Below, piece by piece: positions 39,801 to 51,800 of a DNA stretch of 64,000 bases. This DNA is from Chiloscyllium plagiosum. Taxonomy: Eukaryota. The DNA is taken from contig NC_057719.1 of the NCBI RefSeq assembly GCF_004010195.1, positions 39,077,506 to 39,141,505 of the forward strand, read 5' to 3'. Below the pieces are notes generated by a model. That model ran no database searches. It worked only from the letters and a program-made list of their open reading frames with translations, and was not told the DNA's origin. Numbering within the stretch: position 1 is the stretch's first letter; each line of letters begins with the position of its first letter. Position numbers and translations under genes: made by a program.

Positions 39801-42800
39801 ACAAGTCTACCTGATCATGTTCATTGCTCTCCGAGGAGTTGGAGAATCGAAACTTGCCAAGTTTTCTTTGAGATTCTGTAGACTAATGTGTGAGTTTCAG
39901 GTAATACCAGTTCATCATTTCAGGGTTTCTGAATAACTGATCTATTCTGTTGAAGATCTCCTCCTTGGCTCAGGTCTTGATGAGACCACATCTTGTTGTG
40001 TTTCCATCTTTGGTCTCCTTTTCCTAAGAAATGCTGCTCGGTAATAGAGGTGTGCAACGAAGTTTTACTAGACTGATTCCTGGGTGGACTTCACCAGTTT
40101 CCTCATTTTCCCTCCCCCACCTTACCCCAGTTCCAAACTTCCAGCTCAGTGCCATCCTCATGATCTTTCCCACCTGTCAATCTTCCTTCCCACCTATCTG
40201 CTCCACCCTCCTCTCTGACCTATCACCTTTACCCCTTCCTCCAGCCAACTATTGCACTCCCAGCCCCACCCCCTCCCATTTATCTCTACACCCCTGAGGC
40301 TTCCAGCCTCATTCCTGATGAAGGGCTCCTGCCCGAAACGTCGATTTTCCTGCTCCTCAGATGCTGCCTGACCTGTGCATTTCCAGCACCACTGTATTCT
40401 TGATTCCTGGGATTGCAAGGCTGATGTATGAAGCAAAATTGAATTGAGTAGGATTAAATTCACTGGTATTTGGAAGAATGAGGGGAGAGATTACTCCCAG
40501 GGTTATGAGCTAGTGAGGGCAGGAATAGGAGGATAAAGCAAATGAATGCATGGCTGAGGAGTTGGTGAATGGGAGAAGGATTCACATTTTGGGATCATTG
40601 GAAGCTTTTTGGGGGTAGAAGTGACCTGTACAAGAAGGACTGATTGCACCTATATTGGAAGGGGACTAATATACTGGCAGGGAGATTTGCGAGAGCTGCT
40701 CAGGACTTAGACTAGTAAGATGGGGGGTGGGACGCAAGGAGATCGGAAAGATTTCAATCCGAGACTGGTACAGTTGAGAAAAGAAGTGAGTCAGACAGTC
40801 ATGGGAGGCAGGGACAAAGCACAGAACAAGGTAGGACTGATAAATTAAACTGCATTTATTTCAATGCGAGAGGCCTAACCGGGAAGGCAGATGAACTCAG
40901 GGCATAGATCGGAACATGGGACTGGGATATCATAGTGATTACAGAAATGTGGCTCAGGGATGGACAGCTTAATGTTCCAGGATACAAATGCTATAGGAAG
41001 GACAGAAAGGGAGGCAAGAGAGGAGGGGGAGTGGCGTTTTTGATAAAGAATAGCATTATTGCTGTCGTGAGGGAGGATATTCTCAGAAATACATCCAGGG
41101 AAGTTATTTGGGTGTAACGGAGAAATAAGAAAGGGACGATCACCTTATTGAGATTATATTATACACCCCCTAATAGTCAAAGAGAAATTGAGAAACAAAT
41201 TTGTAAGTGTTATCTGTAAGAATAATAGGATGGTTATGATCGGGGATTTTAACTTTCCAAACATAGACTGGGACTGCCATAGTGTTAAGGGTTTAGATGG
41301 AGAGGAATTTAAGTGTGTACAAGACAATTTTCTGATTCAGTATGTGGATGTAGCTACTACAGAAGGTGCAAAACATGACCTACTCTGGGGATATAAGGCC
41401 CAGGACCTGATCAGATGTACCCTAGAACTCTGTGGGAAACAAGGGAAGTAATTGCTGGGGCTATTGCTGAGATATTTGTCTCATCGATAGTCAGATGAAA
41501 GGTGCCAGAAGACTGGAGGTTGGCTAACGTGATGCCACTGTTTAAGAAAGGTGGTAAGGAGAAGCCAGGGAACTATAGACCAGTGAGCCTGACGTCTGTG
41601 GTGGGCAAGTTGTTGGAGGGAATCCTGAGGAACAAGATTTACAAGTATTTGGAAAGACAAGGACTGATTAGGGATAGTTAACATGGCTCTGTGCGTATGA
41701 AATCATGTCTGACAAACTTGATTGAGTTTTTTGAAGATGTAACAAAGAGGATTGATGAGGGCAGAGTGGTGGATGTGATATTTGTGGACTTCCGTAAGGC
41801 ATTCGACAAGGTTCCCCATGGGAGACTGGTTAGCAAGGTTAGATCTCATGGAATACAGGGAAAACTAGCCATTTGTACACAGAACTGGTTCATTGGTAGA
41901 AGACAGAGGTTGGTGGTGGAGGGTTGCTTATCAGACTGGAGGCCTGTGACCAAGCGGAGTGCCACAAGGATCAGTGCTGGGTCCACTACTTATCATCATT
42001 TATATAAATGATTTGGATGTGAGCATAAAAGGTATAGTTAGTAAGTTTGCAAATGATACCAAAATTGGAGATGTAGTGGACAGTGAAGAAGGTTACCTCC
42101 GATTACAACAGGATCTGGACCAGATGGGCCAATGGGAAGGACGCCACTTTGACTGAGACAACACATCCATCCTAGGACAAGCCAAACAAAGACACGCATG
42201 AGAATTTCTGGAAGCGTGGCATTCCAACCGGAACTCTATCAACAAACACATCGAGTTAGACCCCATCTACCACCCCCTGAGAAAAGGAACAGGAAGTGAC
42301 TTCACTACAGGAAATGACATCACCAACCCAAAGAAACCCAAATGTATAAATAGAAAGCAGGAATTATCAGCAGTGTTTTGCCTGAGGCCCACTGAAGATG
42401 TAACCTAGTACGGGGACAAAACGTCTGGAAATGAACCTTCCAGCTCAGCAAGCAAACCTATATCCAACAGATTGACCTGATTGCTGAGACCATTTGTAAG
42501 ACTTGTTTTATCTATTTCTGCCATTGATGCATAACCTGATAGCTTGCAATCAATTGCACTTTGCTCATGAATATGTTTATAATGTTGACTTTGTGTTTTA
42601 GAGAGTAGAAGATCCACTAAGATAGTTTAGTGCTTGTTTTGTTTGATTCTTTTTTTATTTTATATAGTAGTAATTTTTGTGTTGAATCTCATGGTTTCAT
42701 TCTTCCAGTAAATAATGAAATTTCAGGTTTCTTATTTTCGAAAAAAGTTGTTATTGATTATAAGAAGGTCAAGGCACTTCACAGGAACATTTATAAAACA

Positions 42801-45800
42801 AAGTGGGACAAAGAACTATGTGAGGTAGTGGTGTGAAAAGTAATCAAAGTTTGGGCTGGGCACATTAGGGTGGCAAGGTGGTTTGGTGGTTAGCACTGTT
42901 GCCACACACGCCAGGGACCTGGATTTGATTCCAGCCTCTGGTGACTGTCTGTGTGGAGTTTGCATATTCTCCCATATCCTCTCAGTGGTTTCTTCCTATA
43001 GTCCAAAAATGTGCAGGTTAAGTGGACTGGCCATGCTAAATTTCCTAGAGTGTCCAGGGATATGCAGGCTAGGTGGATTAGCCATGGGAAATGCAGGGTA
43101 GGGGGTTGGGTCTGGGTGGGGATGGTCTTTGGAGTGTTGGTGTGGAGCTGGTGGGCCAAATAGCCTGCATCCACTTGGGAGGTTCTAAGATTCTATTCTG
43201 TGTGTGGTTTAAGAGGTGCCTCAAAGGAGAATAGTGAGTTGCAGAGTCAGAGAGGTATAGGAAGAATACTCCTGAGCTTGAGCCTTTATAACTGAAGGCA
43301 CAGGTGCCAATGGTAGATTAAGTATTGTTAGAAATGGAAGATCATCTAAAATTGGAGACCAGATGTATCAGTGAGCCTCTGTAGAGGGTACAATGTGGGA
43401 GATGGTACAGACAAGGATTTGAGTTAAAAAATGAGCTGAGACAGGGATGAAGTTGAGAAAATAACATGTGACAACAACCCACAACTACGACAACTAACAC
43501 CTGAGCTACAAATGTTTATGCAAACCTTGAACAGCAGTTCCAACTAGAACTTTCAAGTTCTTTTTTGTTTTTGTTTTGTTTTCCTTTTTTAAAACTTTAA
43601 GGTGAAGGAAAGTAATAAAAGTCTACAGCATAAAAAAGGGCCATTTGGCCCATCAAGTTTGCGCTGATTGAAAACAACCACCTGACCCATTTTCCAACCT
43701 AATCATGTGAGCCATGATCTTTTAATGGTGGAGCAGGTTCAAGGGGCTGAACAGCCTACTCCTGTTTCTGTTTGTTATGGTTTTGTAGTCACTTGGCCCA
43801 TAGTTTTGGCATCACAAGTATACATCTTAATATTAAAATGTTATCAACATGTCTGCCTCTACTGCCCTTACAGGCATCATGGCCTGGTTTCCCATCATCT
43901 TCACATCTCTTGTAAACATCCCACCTCTTAGCTTAAACTTCTGCCTCCTGTCATTGATCCCTCCACCAAAGGGAAATGTTTCTTAGATGGAATTCATCCT
44001 TGAAGATGCTGACAATTCACCCTAATGTCAGCACAATAAGAGTGGGTCTGGTATCTTGTATAGTAGTCACCACTTACTCACTGATCTCGTGAATCATTAC
44101 ATTATATACGTTTTGTAAATTTAGTCAGCTCTATTAAGGTAAATAAAGTATGAATGTACAATAATTGTAATGTCATTCCTGAATAATTTTATTTTGCAGA
44201 TGGTTTATGAATGTCTGAAAAACGTAGACCACATCAGCAAAAAACTGAAGGGCAAAGCTTTACATATCTGCTTTGATGAATTAGAAAATTTAATACACTG
44301 GTAATTTTTATACTAACATTGTAGCCTGTTTTAGAGTCATTTGTTTTATAGTGTTGATGGCACTGGAGATTTTGTACCAGAATCACTTAATTTTTCCAAG
44401 CGAAACAGCATTGATTAAAGTGCATGGCTATTAAACCAGTATGAAAGTAGAAGTTGTTCCACAGGAAATAAATCAAATGTACAAACAAAGGAACAAGGGG
44501 AAGGAACAGGCCTTTTAGCCCCTTAAGCTTGCTGTCCTATTTAAAAATATCATAGCTGCTCTGATTGTAACCACAAGTCAATTCTGCTACTTACCTCTGA
44601 TTAACTTTTTCATCCCCTTGCTTACCAGGGATCTATTAACCTCTGCCATACAAATGTTCTCAAAGGTTCTGCTTCCACCACCTTTTCAGGAAAAGTGTTC
44701 CAAAGACATTCTACCTATGAGAAAAAAATTTATCACATTACTGTTTTAAATAGTTGGCCTCTTTAGTTTTAGACAGTGACCCCTAGTTGCCTATTCTTCC
44801 AGAAGAGAAAACATTGTCTCCATATCGAACTTGCCAAGACTTCTCGGATCTTGTATGTTTCAAGCAAGTTGCTCCTTACTTGAATGCAAGTTTATCCTGT
44901 CCAAAACAAAAACTCAGTGCTGAAGGAATTCAGCATCTATAAAGAGAGAAACAAAATTAATATGACTCACTGAAAGAAGGGTTTTATATAGGTCTCAAAA
45001 GCGAAACCCGTTTTGATGTCCACAAATTTTGCCAGAGCACCTACGTTTCTCCAACATTCTTTTTGTTCCTGATCCCCAGCATCTGCAGTATTTTGTTTAT
45101 TTTATCCAACCCTTCCTCCGAGGATAACACATTCAATCCTTCTCTGACTTTCCATGCATTTACGTGCTTTTTCATATAAGGAGACCAATACTCTACATAA
45201 TGCTCCAACTGTCATCTCATCAATGCCATAAATAACTGAAGTCCAAACTAACCTTGCAAAAAAATTCTATTAGCTTTCCTAATTATTTACTGTATCTGCA
45301 TACTAGCTTTTTGCAATTTGCAGATCCCTGTGTGTCTCAGCTGTGCAAACTCTCACTATTTAAATAATATACTTTATTATTCTACCTGCCAAAATGGACA
45401 GTTTCTCATTTTCACGCATTATACTCTATTTGCCACATTTTTGCCCAGTCACTTTTTTTTTAGATTAGATTACTTAGTGTGGAAACAGGCCCTTTGGCCC
45501 AACAAGTCCACACCGACCCGCCGAAAAGCAACCCACCCAGACCCATTCCCCTACATTTACCCCTTCAACTAACACTATGGGCAATTTAGCATGGCCAATT
45601 CACCTAGCCTGCACATTTGTTTTTGGACTATGGGAGGAAACCAGAGCACCCAGAGGAAACCCACGTAGACACGGGGAGAATGTGCAAACTCCACACAGAC
45701 AGTTGCCTGAGGTGGGAATTGAACCTGGGTCGCTGGCGCTGTGAGGCAGCAGTGCTAGCCACCATGCCGCCCCGAAACCTATCTATATCATTTGTAGCCT

Positions 45801-48800
45801 CGTATGTCCACTCCAAAACTTATCTCTTTTTATCTTCCTTTTCATTACCTACCTTTTGTTTCATCAGTAAATTTGTCAACTGTACATTCCATCAATTCAT
45901 CCAAATCAGTTTTAGGAATTATAAGTAGTTAAGGTTCCAGCACTAATCCGAATGGAACACCATTCATTGCAATCTCCCATCCTGAAAAAGGTCAGTTTTT
46001 GCCCACTCTCTAGTTGGCTAACAGTAAGCAATCTTCAATCCATCCCAATATTCTGTGCTCCTACACCATAAAGTTTTATTTTCTGCAATAATTTTTGATG
46101 TGGCACTTCATCAAATGCTTTCTGGAAATCTAAGTACATTTACAGTTCCCCTGTGTCCACAGGACATGTTATTTCCTCAAAGTACTCCAATTTGGTAAAT
46201 TATGAATTTTCCAGTGCGAAAGCACATTGACTCTGCCTGATTACGTTGAATTTATCTAAAGCCCCTGCTATAACTTCTTTCAATGTAGCCTCTAACATTT
46301 TTCTCTTGTCAGATGTTAAGCCAACTGGCTTGGAGTTTCCTGGTTTCTGTCTTTTTTCCCTTTTTTAGAATTGAACTATTATAAAATGTATTTCTATTAT
46401 AAAAATATAAACTAACTAAATAAATTATCTTCCAATCTAATCGGCCCTTGCCCAAATAAAGGTTAAATCTTTCAGCCCTGTCACTGACTGATTTTATATC
46501 TGTGTTAGCTGTGCAGCCAGGAACATAAGGAATCTTAATTATCCTCATTGAAAAGTTTTCAGTCCTAGTCTGCATGCTTTCAATCTTTTTATCATTTTTG
46601 TTACTCATCTTTTGAAAATAATGTAAGGTCATAAATAATGAAATGCCGTGCCATTCAGTATTTCCTTTCATTCAAAGTGGTAGGAGGCTACAACTTCAAG
46701 TTGCAGGTCAGAGGAAGAATCCTTCATCGCATTTAATAAAAAAAAAAATTTGAATTTATACTTGAGGTGCCATAACACCTGTAAAACCAAGAGCTGCAAA
46801 GTGGGATTATTTGGGTCTTTTTCAGTTGACATAAGCACAGTAAGCAATTAGCTTCCGTGTATTCTATAAATATTACTTTATTTTTGGGTGTAAATTTATC
46901 ACTGTTAACAGGGTATTTGGTCATTTAGTCTTTATCAATGTTTATGCTTTATGTGAGCCTCCTATCCTACTTCAACCTTGCAAGTCATTCTGTTACAATG
47001 CACGATTCATCAGCACAAATTGGCTATTACGTGATTGATGAATTGTGGACGTTGTTTGGGTAATGCAAACTTTCTACTGAAAGGATATAGTGATTTTCTA
47101 TTAGCAGTCTTTTACAGGATGATTTTCCATAGCAGTTTTCATAACGTGATTTCCTATAGCGCAAGGTTGCAGAGGAACACAACCGCCATGTTACAGCAGG
47201 ACAACCTGTATCTACATAATTTGGAGATGCCGGTATTGGACTGGGGTGTACAAAGTTAAAAATCACACAACACCAAGTTGTAGTTCAACAGGTTTAATTG
47301 GAAGCACTAGCTTTTGGAGCACTGCTCCTTTATCAGGTGGTTGTGGAGTACACAATTGTAGGACACAGAATTTATAGCAAAAGTTTACAGTGTGATGTAA
47401 CTGAAATTATACATTGAAAAATGCCTTGATTGTTTGTTAAGTCTCTCATCTGTTAGAATGACCATGTTAGTTTCACTTCTTTCATACGTAAATCACAAAA
47501 CTTTTTTTAAAAGTTACCTTCTTAGGTTAACTGTAACAATTGGTGTCAGCCCAGATAAGATGTTGAAGGTGTTAGCCCCCTGTGTTCTGTTGTCTGTGCC
47601 ATAATGTTTAAACTGATTCTAATCTAAAAAATGAGTTCAGAGTCTTGCATGGATTCATGCAGTTTTTGAGCAAAGTACATTGTAAATCTGCAAGTACAAA
47701 TTCAACCCACAAACGTGTTTTTTATGTGTGTGTGTCTGTCTCTGTCTGTCTGTTTGTGAGAGAGAGTGTATATGTGTATGTGTGAGTATAAAGGGATCTA
47801 AGTCTGTGTGTGTATGTAGGAGTCTCTGTGTGTGTGTGTGTATAGTGCAATGATGGTCACCTGTAGTGTGACATGAACCTAAGGTCCCGGTTGAGGCCCT
47901 CCCTATGGGTACCGAACTTAGCTGTCAGCCTCTGCTCAGCCAATTTTCGCTGCTGCCTGTCCCGAAGTCCGCCTTGGAGGATGGTCACCTGAAGGTCCAA
48001 GGTTGAAAGTTCTGGACTGCTGAAGTGTTCTCCAAGTAGAATGGAACACTCCTATCTGTTGATTGTTGTCCGGTGCCCATTCATCCGTTGCCATAGCCTC
48101 TGCTTGGTTTCACCAATGTACCATGCCTCGGGGCATCCTTGTCTGCAGTGTATGAGATAGACAACGTTGGCTGAGTCACATGAGTACCTGCCAAGCACAA
48201 GGTGGGAGGTGTCCCCACGCGTAATGGTGGTATCCATGTCCACACTCTGACACATCTTGCAGTGCCTGCCATGACAGGGTTGTATGGAGTTGTCCTGAAA
48301 GCCGGGCAGTTTGCTATGGACAATGATCTGTTTGAGGTTTGGTGGTTTAAAGGCGAGCAGTGGAGGTGTGGGGAAGGTCTCGGCGAGGTGCTCATCCTCA
48401 TTGATAATGTGTTGCAGGTTGTGAAGAACATGGTGTAGTTTTTCAGCTCCTGGGAAGTACTGGACAACAAAGGGTACCCTGTCAGCTGCAGCACGTGTCT
48501 GTCTCCTGAGGAGGTCATTACGGTTCCTTGCTGTGGCACGTCGGAACTGGCAGTCGATGAGTTGCGCATCGTACCCCGTTCTTATGAGGGCATCCCTGAG
48601 TACTTCCAGGTGCCCGTCATGTTCCTCCTCATCTGAACAGATCCAGTGTACATGTAGGGCTTGTCTATAGGGGATGGCTGTTTTAATGTTTTGGGTGGAA
48701 ACTGGAGAAGTGCAGCATTATAAGGTTGTCTGTGGGCTTGCGGTAAAGTGTGGTGCTGAGGTGCCCATCCTTGATGGAGATGCATGTGTACAAGAATGAG

Positions 48801-51800
48801 ACAGATAGTAGAGAATAGTCCATGGTGAGTTTGATGGTGGGATGAAACTTGTTGATATCACTGTGTATATTTATCAGTGACTCCTCGTCATGGGTCCAGA
48901 AAAAGAAAATGTTGTTAATGTATCTGGTGCATAATGTTGATTGGAGGTCCTGCATAGATAAGAAGTCTTGTTTGAACCTGTGCATGAAGATGTTGGTAAA
49001 TGTGGTCTCACTCACTCATTCACTCTCACACATCCTCACTCATTCACTCTCATACATCCTCACTCTTACACATCCACAGTCTCTCTCAGATACTCTCAAC
49101 ATTACACTCACACACACATATACACTCTCTCACAGACACTCCCAACTCCACCCCCACCCAAACACAGACACACACACACACAAACTTTGTGGCACAGACA
49201 ACAGAACACAGGGGGCTAACACCTTCAACATCTTATCTGGGCTAACCTGAGTTAACCTGAGAATGTAATTTTCAAAAAAGGTTTTGTGATTTACATTTTG
49301 AAAATAGTGAAACTATCATGATCATTCTAACAGATGAGAGACTTAACAAACAATCAAAATATTTTTCAATGTATAATTTCAGTTACTTCACACTGAAAAC
49401 TTTTGCTATTAATTCTGTGTCTTACAATTGTGTACTCCACAACTACCTGATGAAGGAGCAGCGCTCTGAAAGCTAGTGCTTCCAATTAAACCTTTTGGAC
49501 TATAACCTGCTGGTGTGTGATATTTTTTAATTATCTTGTTAGCATTATCAACAACAGCTTTTATTTAGATAACGCTTTCAGTACAATAAAATATCCTAAG
49601 GCAGTCCACAGGAGTGCTTCAACCAACATGTAACACTGTTTGGAAATGGGATATAAAAATAGATTCAGGAATTTTACCCTTTCCATATTTACCTTTGGCA
49701 AGTGATTCCACTATTAGAAGTATTCAATTTAATCTCTTGTTTACACTTTTGATGTCACCATTGAGAATTAAGTATGCTGGTAAATTGGGACTTGGTTAAA
49801 TTTGGAGTAATTATTTATGGAGGGGTAAATTATTATATGTTGGAGTAAATGTTTTATTATTTAAAATACCACACTTTATTTTCATTACGATTAAACAGAC
49901 TAATTTTGATTTATTTTTCAAGCTATCATCAGGACCTCGTAATGAGCAAGCCAAATGTAGTGCCTGTTTTGGTGGTAGGCCTCAACACCTGTATTGATTT
50001 GAGGTAATTTATTCTAATGACTGACTGACTGATTATTAAAGAGCATAAATAACATTATATTTCTGTTAGTATCATTCTTGAAATCTGGAATTAAGAGTCT
50101 ATTGATCACCATGAATCCATTGTCAATTGTCGAAAAAGCCCATCTGGTTCACTCATGTCCTTTAGGGAAGAAAACTGCAATCTTTACCTGGTCTGGTCTA
50201 CATGTGACTCCAGATCCACAACAACATGGCTGACTCTTAATCACCCTCTGGGCAATTAGGGATGGGCAATAAATACTGGCTCAGCTAGCAACGCCCACAT
50301 CCCATGAATGAATAAAAAATAAGGAAGAGTTAGAATGCCAAAATAATTCATTTTCAATTAACTGCTTTGAAATGTAGCTGCTGTTCCAGTGTACAAATGG
50401 ATCTAAACAAAGAGTGAGAAAATGCCCCAGTACTTTGGGCTCTTTTTTAATGATTATTGATCATTAGAAAACTGGTAGAATTCCCTTCCTCCTCGTCAGA
50501 TAATAACTGTTGGATCTTTTATGTCCAACTGGACCTTAATGTAACACTATGTTAGTCTTGCATTAAATTGTCAGCCCTGAAAATGTTCTGAAGGCTTCAG
50601 GGACACGTTAGGCACTGGAGTGGACCAGCACCTTCAGCATGCTCTGCCATTCAATTAAATGTGGTCTGCAACTTAATTCTGTCTACCTATTGCCCAATAC
50701 ATTAACTGTGAATTACTCTACATGGAAGAGTTTCAAATTTCAACTACCCTTTTGGTATTTTTTCGGCGGCCGTTGGAGGGGGAGGAGCAACAGCAAGGGC
50801 CAGTGCCCTGACAGGAAGGTAAACTTTGTAAATATAAAAACTTGTCTCGGACGTTTCAGGTATATATTTTGGCAGCAGCTGAATCCCGAGACACTATGTG
50901 TAGTGTCTCCCACCTACCCTCCACCTCTAACCAAAAAAAGGACTCTCGTGTTGCTAAAGTAAGGTGTTTGAATTGATATTTCTTGTGTATCGGTGATTAA
51001 TTAAAAGTTTACTATTAGTTGGTTAATTGAATAAGACGACAGAGAAGTACTAGAAATTATTTAAGTCATATATTTGTATAATTAATTAAATAAGTAGAGC
51101 TGGCTGGACAGGTGATGTGCTGGAGCTGTATGATGTGGGAGCGGGCTGATCCCATTGTGAACGGCAGTGACAACATCTGCAGCAAGTGTTCATTGTTGGA
51201 AGAACTCCGGATCAGAATTGATGATCTGGAATCTGAGCTTCAAACACTGCGGCACACCCGGAAGAGTTACATGGACGCTTTGTTTCAGAAGACAGTCACA
51301 CCCGGCAGATTATGTAATTCAAATTCAGTTAATGATCAGGAACAACAGAGTATAATTGTAAGTGAGGCAGGTAGGGGGATTCTGAGTTCAGGAGTGGAAG
51401 AGTCTCCACACTTGATCTTGTCCAACAGGTGTGAGATTTTTGTTCCCTGTATGGATGAAGAAAAGGGCTGTGGACAGGATGAGCCAGCTGACCACTGCAC
51501 CATAGTGCAGACGGCCATTTAAGAGGGGGTAGCAAAAAGACAAGTAGGGATATAGGGGATTCAGGGGACACTGGATTCTATAATTTGGGGAACATGTAGT
51601 ATCTTTTGTGAGCAGGATTGGGAGTCCCGCATGGTGTGTTGCCTGTCTGGTGTCAGGGTGCAGGACATCTCTGACTGGCTTGAAAGGATATTGGAGCGGG
51701 AGTGAGAGGATCCAGTTGTTGTGGTCCATGTTGGCACTAATGACATAGGCAAAGCTAGGAAGGAGGACCTGTTTGGGGAGTATCAAGCACTAGAAAGGAA

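Noticed and set aside
48849..49250. His/Thr/Ser-rich ORFs in three frames
   Set aside because: Translation of a (CA/CT)n microsatellite tract.
50360..50590. DeuSINE/SacSINE1-like ancient SINE remnant
   Set aside because: The resemblance is from memory and too degenerate to support without an alignment.
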